Positions 35,301-50,552 are shown, numbered from the stretch's first letter. The stretch: DNA of 64,000 nucleotides from the human T2T-CHM13v2.0 reference genome, Homo sapiens (GCA_009914755.4 CP086569.2:8960001-9024000); one strand, 5' to 3'. Notes: generated from the letters alone by a model not told the origin. Numbers and translations are program-made.

Positions 35301-38300
35301 TGAAATGTTCCATAGTTTCTATATCTCTAATTGTCCTTTGATGTTATAGAGGCAAGAAAAATAATTCAATGTTTTTCTTAGTATCTAGTCCAATGCACGC
35401 TTTCTTCATAATACTGCAAACAAGGCACTGACATGGAAACGTGGCTGGACGTCTCAAAATCTCTTCTCATTAATTACCATTATGTTAATCACTGTTGCCC
35501 ACAACTGGAATTGGACTTTGAAATCCCCTGGTGGAAATTGCTATAATGGCTCAAACTACTGGAAAGACTATCTTTTTTTTACCTGAAAATATCTGATGAG
35601 CATAGACGTATGCTATATACAGGAACATATTGTACATTAACAACATACCATCACTGCCACTCAATAATAGGTATCCCAAACCTTTGAGCCAAACTGAGCT
35701 CGGGTGCTCCCACAAACCAAGCTTTTCCCTCCACAGATTTCTTATGTCAAAAAGCCACAACTCCAGGCCAGGCTTCGTGGCTCTTGTTGTAATTTCTACA
35801 TTTTGGGAGGCCGAGGTTGGTGGGTCACTTGAGGTCAGGAGTTGGAGACCAGCATGGGCAACATGGCAAAAAGCTGTCTCTACCAAAAATACAAAAATTA
35901 GCCAGACCTAGTGGCACTTTCCTGTGGTCCCAGCTACTTGGGAGGCTGAGGCAGGAGAACCACCTGAACATGGGTGGCAGAGATTGTATAGTAAGCCAAG
36001 ATCAGACTACTGCACTCCAGCCTGGATGACACAGCGAGACCATGACTGAAAAAAGAAAAAAAAAAAAATAAAGGCAACTCCACTCGTCCACTGGCTTAGG
36101 TAAAAAGTACTGGAGTTGGCTGGGCTCGGTGGCTCACACCTGTATTCCCAGCACTTTGGATTTTGGGAAGCTGAGTCGGGCGGGTCACCTGAGATCTGTA
36201 GTAGGAGAGCAGCCTGGCCAACATGGTGAAGCCTGGCTTCTACTAAAAATACAAAACATTAGCTGAGCGTGGTGATGCATGCTTGTAATCCCAGCTACTG
36301 CAGAGGCTGAACCTGGGAGGCGGAGGATGTGTTGAGCTGAGATCCTGCCACTGCGCTCCAGCCTGGTCTACAGAGCGAGAGTACCCTGTGAGAAACAAAG
36401 GTGAAGAGAACAAGAAAAAAAAAATGAGAAAAATAAGACCCACTGCAAAAGGTTGCCACAGAAAAGATTAAACATTTCAGCAACTTCTATCTTCTGTCAT
36501 GGAAGCCAAGGTTATTTGGACCAAACCTCCTGTCTTAGTTCATTTTCACGCTGCTGAAGAAGACATACCTGAAACTGGGAATAAAAGGAGGTTTAATTGG
36601 ACTGACAGTTCCACATGGCTGTGGAGGCCTCAGAATCATGGTATACGAATAAAGGCACTTCTTACATGGCAATGCCAAGAGAGAATGAGGAAGAACCTGA
36701 GGCAGAAACCCCTGAAAAACCCATCAGATCCCGTGAGACTTCTTCACTGTCACAAGAATAGCATGAGAAAGACCGACCCCCATGATTCAATTACCTCCCC
36801 CTGGGTCCCACCCGCAACACGAGGGAATTCTGGGAGATACAATTGAAGCTGAGATTTGAATGGAGACACACCAAACCATGTCACTTCCCAAACAATTAAA
36901 AATTCCCAATAGAAGAAGCATTAATTATATCAAAAAGTGGTGGACCAAGAAGGAACTATTAGCCTCATATCTCAAGAAAGACTCCAGTCAAGGCCTAGGG
37001 ACTACTCATGAAAAGAGTTTAATAGCCGACTCTCTCCCAGTGGATCTGGATTCCACCGGACTGTATCTTCACAGTAAGGGTGAAACAGAAGCAAACCCAT
37101 TCCTATTTCCAAGCTCAAGGAACTTTGGTCAAAGTTCTCTTGGAGCTGAGCAGAACAAGGAGGCAAACAGAAAAGATTTGTGTCCCTGAGAAGTCATGGC
37201 CACAGGCTGGCTATCACACAGATTGTCAAGCCAGTTCCATATTGCATGGGTATTACAGAAAATCTCAAAACATAAATTTGTGTGTGGGTTGTCCCAGAGT
37301 AGCAGGATCTGGCAGAAGGAAATTTCCTTCTAACCCTCAAAGAATCCACATAAATCTTGTTACATTTGGGATTTTACGATTTGCTTCAGGAATGAGAATG
37401 GCCTTAATTTTCATATCTTTTTCTACACTCAGTTTATGGCTTGTTGGCGTCAAAGTTCTGCTTGCTTCACACAATGAGTTTAGGATTTTCCCTTTTTTAT
37501 TCTATAGAATTCTTCATATATATTGAAATGCTCTGCCTGGGGAAAAAAATCTGAGCCTAGCGTTTTATCTCTAGGAAGAATCCTTTATTTCCTTGAACAT
37601 TTATGAGACTATACAGATTATATATGTCTTCTTGTATCAATTTTACTAAGCTATATACATAGCTTATGTTTATATATTATATATATAAATGTAAGATACA
37701 AATATAAAAATTATGTATAAATATGAAAATATATATAGAAAGCGATATATATGTCTATATATATAGACAGATTATAAATATCTGTCTATTTGATCTAAGT
37801 TTTCAAATTTGTAGGTTAAGGTGTTAACGATATTTCCTTATTAGCTTCTTAATCTATGCTGTATCTATGGTTGTGTACCTTTTAAATTCTTAGTTTTATC
37901 TATGTTTTCTCCCTTTTTTTCTAAACTTGACTGACGGTTGCATCATTTATTATATTTCTCCAACAAGCAAAGGTTAGCTTTGTATGTTTTACTAATTTTG
38001 TCTACATCATTATTCCCACACTTTAGTTTTTCAGAATTGATTCTGTTGTTTCTTTTCTAATTCTTTATTGAAATATCTAGTACATTAATTTTCAAGTTAT
38101 TAGAGAAATATTTGTCTGTAAACTCCTATTGTAATATCACTTTTCTTGCTACTCACAGATTTAATCTTTAATATTGGCGGTATCATTGAGTTCTAAGTAC
38201 ATTTCAATTCCTAGTATGATAATCTATGAATTGCTGAGAAATAGTGTTTACAATTTTGTTGTTCTATTTCCACTTAAGTTTATTTTTACTTCTGCTAACT

Positions 38301-40105
38301 CAATTGAAAATTCTTTACTAATTTTTAAAATCCTTGAACCCAAGAGATGGAGGTTGCAGTGAGCTGAGATCAGGCCACTGCATTCCAGACTGAGTGACAG
38401 AGTGGAACGAGATTTCAAAACAAAACAAAACAAAACAAAACAAAACAGTCACTGGAAAGATAATAAAATACATAAATGTGGGATGTAATATGTAATCGTG
38501 ATAAAATAAACTGGATTTTTTGTATAAGTTATACATATAAATGTAATGCCAAGACACTGATAAGACAACTCATGGTCTTATCTCAATACTTAGTGTCTTC
38601 ATGTAACATATGTCCTTTAGGATAGTTATAGTCCGTTTTCTTTCCAGGAGAGACAGATGAGAATGCAGAAATGTTAAAGTGCAAGGGACGGAAGCTTCCA
38701 GCTGTGCCCACCTGTAACCTGACGTAGACAGTTCCACCGTTTGCTTCATTAATCATGCCAAAGGCTCTAATGCAAATGTGGTACAGAGTCACATGTTTTT
38801 GTATCTACATGATAGAAACTATAACTTCATCCCTATATAGAAGGGTATATAGCATATGCCTCAGTGATAAATATAAGTGAATCATTGATCAGTAGGAAAC
38901 CATTTTAAAAGTCTTTCATAACAGAACAAAATCCCTGAAAACATTTTCTTCTCAATCTCTGAGTTTTCTTACACGGCTTATGAATCTCTAGCCATACTAA
39001 AGAGATAGTATGCTGCTCTTCCCACAAATTATTCATTGTATATAATTCCTGTAATCTAATAACAGTACCTTTACACCTCAGGGTTTAAAATGACTCCAAC
39101 CTTTTTCTGTTTCTCCAATTAAAATAACTTTTTTAAGGTTTAATCTTCAGTAATTTTTTGTAGTAATATTTTTGAAGGTATTTGACCAGGATGATTTGCT
39201 TATATACCTACCTGACGTCTCCCTTTCTTCTGAATACATATTTTATTACCCACCTATTAGATCTAAGTTTAAGAAGTTGGAATAGGGATTTAAATCTAAA
39301 TTCTACATTTGAATTTACAGGAGTCAGCGAGTCCGGGAAGTGCCTTTATGCACAGACCAATATCTGGCAATGGCACTAGGAGACAAATAAGCTTTACCAG
39401 TCTCAAAGCCCTGGCTACTACAGTGAATCCACCCTTCTCCTGGATCTTATCTACTTCAGCAAAAGAAGGCCACCCACTAAACCAGGCCCTTGTACTTTGG
39501 GTGGAAACTCCTAAGTCCTCTAGTCTCCTCAAACAGACAGCCAGGCTGCCAATTTCCACAATAATAATTTCTATAGCACTGAGTCTTTGGTAGCCTTGTA
39601 ACTATAGCTACTGATGCTACAGTCTGGTCCCTGTATGATAAAACACCAGAGCAACAGAAACAAAAATATTGACTGAAGCCTTCTAAAATCTCTCTAAATA
39701 TACCTTCAATAAATATGGTTTTTTTTACAGAACGACTGCTTTCAGCTTCCTGAACTAACGCTTGGCCTTCGCTAGTTGTCACTGTTGAAATTGATTCAAA
39801 AGTGTACCTTTAACATGAAAGTCAACACAGAATTTCATGTGTCAGCAACTAAAATTTTCAAAATGTTGCAAAATACAAATGTGAAACTGTATTTGTGAAA
39901 TTTACCATTCATTGAAATTATATTTTCATACCTACCCAGGCACAGAATTTTTTATAACTGTCTGCATGTTCTCCTCATGTGGGGGAAAAGCAGCATCAGC
40001 AGGCAGAGGAATCCTTTGAAGCTGGAGGGAGAGGTTGCAGTGATCTGAGAGTTTGCCACTTGACTGCAGCCTGGATGACACAGTGAGACTCCAACTGAAA
40101 AGAAA

Positions 40106-40136
<31 letters not shown>

Positions 40137-40202
40137 CCAAAATTGATAAGTAAAAAAAAAAATCCATATTCGAAAACATGCTCACAGGCTAACTCCCATA
40201 TC

Positions 40203-40243
<41 letters not shown>

Positions 40244-40605
40244 TCCTTGAAAACGAAAGTTCCACAAGGGCAAAACAAGAAAACAAATTTAACACCCCCC
40301 AAAGAAAGTACAAAGAGTAACCTCAAAAGAACCGCAGGGGAAAACAATTCAAAATTTACAAGTATCTACCCTAAAAGAAGCTGAAAGTCCCTCAAAAACT
40401 TTCCAGAGGCCATGTCCTTGTATTACAAAAATGATCATAAAAACTGGCAGGAGTAGACGAATAGAAATGCATCTTAAAACTTGCCGAACACTTCAAGTCT
40501 CCCATAAGAATTGTAATGGAAAATGGATCAGTCGGCAGTTTTTTCCATACAATTATGAACAAATTATATTTCTTCATACATAGATTTGTTTTTTCAATAT
40601 TCTAA
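20339..40605. repeat. Macrosatellite tandem unit 2 (20267 bp)
   Basis: Same content as unit 1. The offset drifts from 20338 to 20289 to 20267 because of small indels and microsatellite length differences. Confidence 0.95.
24308..26870 (+). CDS. TSPY1: TSPY copy 2, 6 exons, 308 aa
   Basis: CDS join(24308..24793,25401..25478,25607..25718,25820..25965,26071..26152,26848..26870). Same structure as copy 1 at offset +20339. It carries R10W (tgg) and H144Q (cac->cag at ~24739). The ORF is intact. Confidence 0.92.
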
Positions 40606-43600
40606 GGAATTAACTTTTATATTAATAGTAGGTGATGTAAGAAAGCAGGCCTTTATCAAGATAACTGACACTGGATGTCCATACCATTACTCAGGTGGGC
40701 CTTAATTCCCAGCCAGGTTCCCTCCCTGGACACACACTGAAGGTCCCCAGCCATTTGGCAATCTCTTCACATTCCCAGCCCTGGAGGTAGCCCTAAAATA
40801 CATGTACCTGAAGAAAATAAAACATTGCCTCACACTGGAGCCCAGTGTGGTCCTCCAGATTCCGTGTGAGGTGGACTAACTTATATGGGAAGGCAGGGCA
40901 GCGGGAGTGAGGATGGCAGAGAGGATTACACATGTCAAGGCAGCCGGGGTCATGGAAACAAAACATGACTGGCCTGGGAGAAACACTGTGAAAGGACACA
41001 GACCTAGGTGGGCCTCAGGTGGACATCCTCGTGGAGAAAAAGGGGGCCCTGGTTGATCTCAAAATGAGCCCCAGGTGGTAGCAGGTCTTACCGCAGGGCA
41101 GGGAGCTGGCGAGTAATGATGAGACAGCTATCCCTTAAGCCCTGCTTGTCACCCACTGACTTTAGCCACATATGCATCATAGTGGCTTAAGGTGCCCCGA
41201 TCCTGAAATGTGGGTGTTACATGTCCCTGATGGGCCTCTCTCCCCCAGCCCACGGATTGCCTGGGATTGCTCACTGCAGTCTCCTCCCGGATCCTTGGGT
41301 TCTCCATGTGGGGCCCAGATCCAGGTCAAAAGGCCTCTCAGTTCCCAGCCCTTCCCAGCCCTAGGCTGCTCGCCTGGCCTCCTCTCTGTTCCGCCTCTAG
41401 GGCTGACCCTCTCTCCATGGGATAGAACTGCAATGGATTGAGCCATAGGCCCTGGCTGATGATCTAGGGGACTGCAGAAGTGGGTCCAGGACAGTTCAGG
41501 TGACAGTTCAAAGCCAATTCCCCAGAGACCAAGGAATGACCAGCTAGGTCCTTTCCCATGATGCCCCACGGCGAACCCCACCTCAGCAATCCTGCCAAAA
41601 CCCGGGCAGTCATGTTCAGCCAAACAGCTGAATGAGCTCAGGTAGGAGGTGTACTGCCTGCAGCTGGAGGCTTGACCTTCGTGATCCCAGAACCGCTGGA
41701 CTGCAGTGGAATGAGACACCCTGTAGCCTGCAGGGAGAGGAGTCAGGAAGGTTCATGCCAGTCCCACCCTCCCACACACCAGCTCCCCTACCATGCTGGG
41801 AGGCATTCCTTACCGAGGATGCCAACACAGTGCTCCTTCATGATGATTTCACTGTGGAAATAAAGGTTGGGATGAAAGGAAATCATCCTGCCACCGGTAA
41901 CCGGGATGGCTGAGTTCCTCCACCTGCCGGATCAAGGAGAAAGAGGATGGATTCAATGGGACCATCTCAACTAGCCGGGCTGAGGTGGCCTACTAGCTGT
42001 AGTGAACCATGAGTTTCCCCTTCCCAGCTCTCCCACTGAGACAACCCTGGTCCCCAGGGGGACCTCAAACTGACTCAGACACTGGACTCCTCCCACAGAC
42101 CCAGGCTCCCCAGCCTGACCTGCAAATCCATCACGTAGCAAAGCAGGACTTCCGCATGCTTTCCGACCCACGCCGACATCTCGTGTGCCAAACAATCTAC
42201 CTCTGCGCAAGAACTCTCCAGAGGATTGGGTGGGCAAGCCTCGTGACGCCTTGCAATTTCGCAAGAACACAGACAATGTGGAACAGGGCCATCTCCCAGA
42301 CATTTGGCCAGTCACCCTTCATTGTTGGCCCTCTATCTCTGTCTGGCGAGGAGGCAACGCCACAACTGTGGTGGTTTTTGGAGTGGGTGGACCCCGGCCA
42401 AGACGGCCTGGGCTGACCAGAGACGGGAGGCAGAAAAAGTGGGCAGGTGGTTGCAGCTGAGGGACGGGAGGGGCCGGGGGTGGTGTGAGGCGGCTGCTTC
42501 TCTGAGTTTCTGAGATGCAGGAGGCCTTTGTGTGCTGGGTGCTGGACATGCTCCGCTGATGTCCGGGTGTGTGGTGTCCTCTTATCCTAGTCTCCCTGAG
42601 GGGTGGGCCTGTCCACCTGAGGGAAGCCTTGTAGTTAGAAGCCACAGCAGGGTCGTGCCTGGCGCTCTCCAAGGGAATTGCGTGGGTCCAGAGGAAGTTA
42701 TACAGGCTCAGGGCCTACACGCCTTTGAGTGCAGCGCCTGCAGTTGGATGAATGCGCATCTGCGGAGCTGGTGCCCGCCGTCAGGTGGTCGGCAGCCCCA
42801 TGCGCCGCGAACCCGTCTTAAGCACCTTGTGTTTCTGGGGTGAGCCTGCTGGAAACAGGCACCGAGAGCAGGGGTGGTTCAATGGCTGGTAATGGCATAC
42901 AGATTCCCCGTCCTCCAGGGACGTTCCCAGGGAAACGCGTCCTTCGAATTTGGGCTGTGCGCAAAGGGACCTTGGCGCCGCGATTCTCCCTTGTCAGTGC
43001 TGGCCCTGGCTCCCCTTCCCTACCACGTGCTCCCAGGGCTGCTACAAGCGAGCTGCCCTCACAGCTGCGGGAACGTGGCCTCGGCTCCCACGCTGTCCCC
43101 CATCCCCTGCCTCCTGGCTGACCCCACGCGCCTCCCACCTGGCTCCTCCCCCCAAACAGCCCCCATACCCCCCGAGGCCCGATGACTATCCCCTGCTGCC
43201 CGCCGTCCCAAATCGGCAGCCGCAAGGATATGGCTCTGGCTCACAAGGCGGAGATGCTCTGTGGCCTAGGGCATTCACGGAGCCCAGCTCCAAGTGAAGG
43301 ACCTCCAGCGAGTCCATTGACGGCCCCGGTGTGCTCGGTCCAGGGCCAGGCTGTGCCCGCTGGCCCTCCTTCTGCCACCCCACGTCGGGCTCCACCTCAA
43401 CCACCACCTCCACCTCAGCCATGATGTCTTCCACCTTCAGCACCGCCTCCTCTTCCAAGGCCGCCTCCTTGCTCTGTACCCCGGCCGTCCTCTCCAGCAT
43501 TGCCTCCAGCCTGAACACGGTTTTCTCCTGGGTGCTCCCACAGACCCTGGGCCTGCGCAGCCCAGCCCAGCCCAGCCCATGCCCCGCACCCGTAGGCTCT

Positions 43601-46600
43601 GGGGGCCCGCTCCCCAGCAGACCCGCTCCCTGCAAGACCCACGGGCGTCGCCCTGCTGTGAACCTGGTCCCACACCTACGTGGACCCAGGTTTCCTGAGG
43701 AGCTCCGCTGGACCCGCAGATCCCGCACTGGCCAAAGGGCTCCGGTCCCCAGCAGGCTCAACTGCGCACAGGAGCTCGGGAGCCAGAGGCCCCGGCCCTG
43801 GGCTTGCAGAGCCCCACCAACAGGCACCGCAACCGCTGCTGCGGGTGCGGGAGCCTCTGGGTCGTCAAGGCAGCGCACAACAGCGTGCGCGCAGGCCGAC
43901 AATGGCCAACCCTGGCGGCTGGCCTCTGGTGTGCCCAGGGCATAGGACAAGAGGCCCTTTGGAATGCTCCTTGGAGTACAGCATCCTCAGGGAGGAAGCA
44001 TGGTACTCGGAGCCTCTATTTGCCTCGACCTGTGAGAGTGTGTGCCGGGGCTCTGGCCTCTACAGCAGATCAATTCCACCTCAGCACCGGCAGGCGACTT
44101 TCCTCCCACGTGCCCGCCCCGATCACTTCCCCCAGGACACCCCTGCCGCCCTAGCCCCAGCAACCAGAGAGAGTTCTCTGCATCTTCTGTATTACCTCCG
44201 TACCATCTACCTGGCCTGCCTAACGAAGAGAGATGTTTCCTGTGTTCATGACACATAGAGATGTTCATGGCTTGCCACACTGAGGATGTCAGGGCACAGG
44301 GCTGCCATGCCCACAATTCCAAAGGCCACGCAGCCCGCGTGTGCCCGGATGCCTAGCTACCCGGCACAAGCTCCAAGGGCTTCTCGGAGGAGGCTTGGGC
44401 AGGGAAGGCGGGGGGGTGGGGGGGCTGGAGATGCAGGCCCGCCAGTGGCTGTGCCGCCCAGGGAGACGCCCACCGCCCTCCCATTGATTGGCCACGACGG
44501 GAGGAAGTCGGCCTGGGTGCGGCCCCCCGGCCCTTCGCGCGCAGTCCCTTAGGGGGCGCCTGGAAGCCCGGCGCATGCGCCCTGAGGGCTCGCTGACCTA
44601 CCGGGTGCCAGAGAGGCTGCGGCAGGGTTTCTGTGGCGTGGGTCGGGCAGCACAGGCCTTGGTGTGTGCGAGTGCCAAGGAGGGCACCGCCTTCAGGATG
44701 GAGGCTGTGCAGGAGGGGGCGGCCGGGGTGGAGAGTGAGCAGGCGGCTTTGGGGGAGGAGGCGGTGCTGCTGTTGGATGACATAATGGCGGAGGTGGAGG
44801 TGGTGGCGGAGGAGGAGGGCCTCGTGGAGCGGCGGGAGGAGGCCCAGCGGGCACAGCAGGCTGTGCCTGGCCCTGGGCCCATGACCCCAGAGTCTGCACT
44901 GGAGGAGCTGCTGGCCGTTCAGGTGGAGCTGGAGCCGGTTAATGCCCAAGCCAGGAAGGCCTTTTCTCGGCAGCGGGAAAAGATGGAGCGGAGGCGCAAG
45001 CCCCACCTAGACCGCAGAGGCGCCGTCATCCAGAGCGTCCCTGGCTTCTGGGCCAATGTTGTATCCTTCTCAGTGTTTCTTCGGCCTTTCTAGTGGAGAG
45101 GTGCTCTCGGGGAAGTGTAAGTGACCGATGGGCAGCTCGGCGTCGATGTGACTCTTTGGGGAACAAAGGGGAGTTGCCACGGACCAGTGTGGCTGTGGAA
45201 AGCCGGAGCAGGCGTGGGTACTATTGTCCTGCATGCGGCAGAGAAACCCTTGGTGATGCCGAGCAGCAGACGTTTGGGGCATCTTTTTGAAGAGCAGAAG
45301 CGAGTTCAGAGCGGAAGAGGTTTTTCAGTGAATAAAGCTATTTTTAAGGGAGTGTGATTGCTGCCCCTTGCTAGTCCGATCTGGGACTGGGCGTCTTCGG
45401 CTATAAGCAGATTCTGCCACTCCTCAGACACCAGCAAGTCTCTGCAAATCGCGCCTCCCCATGTCAGTGCAGTCAGCCTCAGAATCATACACCCTCTGTG
45501 AACACAGGAGGCCTTAGTTTACGGGGAGGGGGAGGCGAAAGGAGATCATACATGGAAGCAGATCTGAGAAATCCCCTACCCCAGCCTCTGGGTGCTCTTA
45601 GGCCTTCTTCCCTGTTGCTCCTCGCTTTCCCTTCCATCGTGTGTAAAGTCTCTTTGACCTAAATCAGATTGCAAACCACCCCCAGATGTCAGCCCTGATC
45701 ACTGACGAAGATGAAGACATGCTGAGCTACATGGTCAGCCTGGAGGTGAGGCCAGGAAGACTGGGGCTAGAGGGTTTAGCGGGGGAGGGTAAGGGAAATA
45801 ATTCATTCCTGTAAGCAAGAGTGAGCACCTCACCCGAAAACCTATCTAAGCTTTCTCCACCTTGTCCTGACAGGTGGAAGAAGAGAAGCATCCTGTTCAT
45901 CTCTGCAAGATCATGTTGTTCTTTCGGAGTAACCCCTACTTCCAGAATAAAGTGATTACCAAGGAATATCTGGTGAACATCACAGGTGACAGGTGGCTCC
46001 CAGGATGGGTAGTGGAAGGAAGATGGTGGGTGGATCATTGCCAACGGGATCCAGCCCCCTTCCCACAAAAACTCCTGTCTCTGTAGAATACAGGGCTTCT
46101 CATTCCACTCCAATTGAGTGGTATCCGGATTATGAAGTGGAGGCCTATCGCCGCAGACACCACAACAGCAGCCTTAACTTCTTCAACTGGTTCTCTGACC
46201 ACAACTTCGCAGGATCTAACAAGATTGCTGAGGTGAGTCCTCACTGGGAAACATGAGGAATGACCCCATGTGTTCCCAGCTGCTTGGGTCACCTTTCTGA
46301 GCCCTGATGAGGCCTTTCCCGATTGAGTCCCCTGACAGATCCTATGTAAGGACCTGTGGCGCAATCCCCTGCAATACTACAAGAGGATGAAGCCACCTGA
46401 AGAGGGAACAGAGACGTCAGGTGAGCCGTTAGTTGGCACTGGAGCTGTTTGATGCCCAGTATAAGGGGGTTGACACACCTGCCTATTCAGGGAGCCTGGG
46501 TGCTCATTTCAGAAATGTAGAAATTGAGGCTCCTTTCGTACATGTAGAAATTCCTTGAGAGGAAGACAGAGAGTGACAGAATCCAGGACGTTCATGGCAT

Positions 46601-49600
46601 TGGGCTGAAAAGGCACGTTAGAGACTGCACTGCAAAGCGGGTGATAGCTGTGGAGTCTTAAGCCCAGTGAAGAATCGTCCATTTCCAGAATCAATGAGAA
46701 GTAAAGCTGAAAATCATTCAGTTCAGTCTGTGGCACTTGATTCCACGGCTGTCAACCCCACCGGCAGTCATCCCGCCAACCCCATGAGATTGGGCTCCCT
46801 GAATGTGCGTCCTGGTCATCCTTGCCCCAAACCACAAAGGACTGTTTAGATTGATGGATTTCCTTAAGCTGTTGCCCCATCAGACTTGTGTGTGCTTTTA
46901 GGGTCCAGTGCATCTTGTTAGCTGACTCCCCTCACAGACAATACTGGGAATGGGGCAGGGATTGCGCAGAACAGTTTGTAACACGTGGTAGGAGGAAGTT
47001 TAAGGGATCACAAATGGGGAAGGGATATCCTTTTCTCAGCGGGCCCCACAATTGAAACATTTCAAAGTATGGCTCAGAGAAAATGCGTTTTAACATGAGT
47101 TTGTGTTTCTCTAGGGGACTCCCAGTTGTTGAGTTGAATATGATGGAGCATCAGATTTTACCTAATACAGCAGAACTCCTAAAAAGTTACAGCCATATGC
47201 AGGACGGCAGTACTCAGCATGGTCTTATGCACAGGAACTAAAGGAAAAAGAGATCGAGTCACAAAAATTCAGGAAGAGGGGGTAAATGTGGATTGTATGG
47301 AATGAAAAATAAACATTCTCAAGGATGTGTGACTCTGTGTCTGTGTGTGTGTGTGTGTCTTTGTGTTTGTGTGTGTGTGTGTCTGTGTGTGTATGTTTAT
47401 CCACTTTATTCGGGTGTCATAATGAATTGATCAATCCACGTGCTTTATTCTCTTCATGGAAATAACCAGTCTGCGTTGGAGCTGGGCCTCTAAAGTTGTA
47501 GAGTGAATGGGTGTGGGATGTGTTGGGATTCTTCCTACAGGACAGAGTGGGAGAGGTAAAAGCAAAAGACAGCTTAGTTGGAGGCTGACTTCGTCCTATG
47601 GAAGCAGAGATAGTTCAAGGAAAGGGGTTACTGGGTTTCCAGGGCCCAGTTTGCTGGGACCTCCAAAATCCTTCATTTTGGGTATCATCATACACAGTAG
47701 CTAAGCACAGGATGATGGAAATCTTAAAGTTCGCTTTCGTGTTGAATCCACATGTTCTTTTAAAGGTGAATGCATGATCCTTTTCTGGGACAATCAGCCT
47801 CTCAGGACTTCTGAAACATCAACGTGAGAAGAAATGGGCATGTAAGGTGTATGGAGGGACTGTGGGAAAGGTGACAGAGGCATGTGGGAAGGCATTCAGG
47901 ATACGCTTTTGGCAGACATGACTAAGGGAAAACAGAAACTTACAGAAGTGAGGGGAAAGGGGGTGGATTAGTGGAATATAAGATTGTTGGAGAATCCATC
48001 CATGGACTCTCTTGTCACTTGATGACCCAGGATATGGACACTCTTGTTGATGTTTACATCTTTAGTTGTTTTAAGCTTTTCTCCAAGATTCTGTGTTAGG
48101 TGAGGAGCCAATAACGTATGTAGCTAACAACAGTACGAGTGCATTTTGTGCTCTTGCAAAGTCTAGTGAGGCTCTATTCTCCCTCGTGATTGGCACTGCA
48201 GATTGTATCTGGACCCAGGGCCCCTAAATTTTCTGTGGCCTCTTCAGCATAGTTTGCCTAAGGTTTAGAACGTAAAGTGAATATAGTTGCGGAATATGTT
48301 TTGCAAGCCTCACACAGGAGGACAAAACATACAGCTTTCATTCGCGAGTGGGAGGCTGCTTCCCAGGAACACGTGTGTCTGCACAAGACAAGGGGTTGCC
48401 TCTGTCAAGGATGGGGCAGGAGGATTTCAGTGTCGGAGGCAGAACTTTCTTTCCTGTTCCCAGATGAAACAGTTCCAACACGAGCATCCATGTTGACCAC
48501 ACGCTACTAGAGTGCTAACATTGCTGTCCCGTATAGACTCCAGTCAGCACAGCTTCTGTGAGAAGAGCTATGTTGTTTCAGGGAAGAGGGTTTGACAGTC
48601 AAAGTTCCTGAATCTGTTGTGGTGCCTGCAATATGCATTCTACACCTCCTGCTCGGTGTCAAAGCAGTTGAGCTTTGAAAATCTATCGCCCGGTTTTGTC
48701 CCTGCTCCTATGCAGACCTCTGAAGCTCTGGAGCGGGAGTCTTGTCCTCCTCTGACTACCGTCCCCCTGACCCACAAACACAGGAGAAACAGGTGTTCTA
48801 AGCAAATTATTCTGAAAACAGTCGGAACACTTTGGCCCCCTCAAGCTGCCCTCTATCCTACTGTGTGCATGTCAAAGACACTGTGGTCCAGTACGGTATC
48901 CCTATAGCGGCAATGGGGCAACAGATTGGTGTGTGCACTCTGGGCAACTCAGATTAGGAAACGTCTGGGGACTTGCCTATAACGAGGTCGTCTTAAAACG
49001 TGTTGCCCCAAATTTAAGGCATAGGAAAATGTTGAGGAAAGGGTCTTGCAATGATTTTTCTAGGAGGTAAATAGATAAGAAAATGACCGTAAATAGATGC
49101 CAGGGCTAGTTTTGGAGCTAGCCTTTTTTAAAGTGGTGGTAGGGGAGGAGGTTTTTCCAAGGCAGGTAGCAAACCAGGAGCTGTCTACGATGGATGGGCG
49201 TGCCATGGGTTGGTGGCTCAGCCATATTGCCACCCCACGGAGTCGATGCAGCAGACTGGGCTTCTTGCTTGAATCCTACGTGCAATTCAGTCTAGTGATT
49301 TCACATGAGATCCCTTCTTCTGGTATTATCACAGATCGTGCTGAATTATACAGGCTGTGTAATGCTTCTTCCACTGAATATCCGTGCACGTGGGCCACAG
49401 ATGCTAAGGGCACTGACAAATTTGCACCGTGCCTCAGTAACTCGGAAGCACATCTGTGATTTGTACCGACAGGGACTTGGTGTCTTTTCGTGTTTAAAGT
49501 AGCACGTGTGTGTTTGTGGTTGCGTATGTTTATTTCTCTGTGCGGGTTTGTATATTTTCTCTGACTCCACCTATGTCTCCGTGGTTCCGATATTTTTCCA

Positions 49601-50500
49601 CACTCCCTGCGGCAATTTGCACATGCCTATCTCTACAACCATTGTAGACTTTGTATCTGTGTCTTTGAACATCTGTCACTCTCTCTCCCTTCCTTTTTTC
49701 TTTTCCTTCCTTTACACCCCTCCTTTCATCCTTCCCTTGCTTCCCCACCACACTCTCTCCATCTGTATCGTCTATGTTTCTATTCTCTATCTGGGTTTAC
49801 TTTCTAATTCTGAATTCAAGGGCATTGAATTGAAAAGAAGCACTCTTCGTACTTTTATGTGTTTTAACTCATTTGGGGAATTTGGCGTGGTATTATTTAC
49901 AGGGTTCTCTCTGCCCTTTCTCATTGTTCTCCCCAGCCGGGGCTGTTATTATGTGAAAGCTGGTTTCCTTCATCACATCGCGTAGGCTCTAATGATGTTT
50001 CGTTTATTTTGATTCTCCTCACACTACATAGTTTTAATTTACCTAATGTGACTGTTTTTTTGTTTGTTTTCCGAGAATGGGTCTTACTCTGTCTTCTAGG
50101 TTGGACAGCAGCCCCACGATCTCAGCCCACTGCAGCCCAGGCACCACACACCCATGTGATCCTGTCAACTCAGACTCTCACACACCTGGCAGTACAGGTG
50201 CATGCCACCCCTCCAAGCTATGTATTAATTAACTAAATACTTACTTTTTGAATGTGGGTCCATGTTGCCCCAGGCTCATCTGGAACTCCTGAGTGCAGGC
50301 AATCCTCCCACCTCAGCTTATCAAAGTGCTGGGATGACAGGTGTGACCCATGGCCCTGCCATGGCTTTGTGTTTTTTGCTTTTTTCTTCCTCCTCCTCAC
50401 GTCTTGTTTTGAAACATGCACTGAAGGTTTCAATTCATGGACTATAGCCTCTGTGCCTGGAATTTCTATCTTTCAACTCATCATCAGCATTCATTGGGAT

Positions 50501-50552
<52 letters not shown>

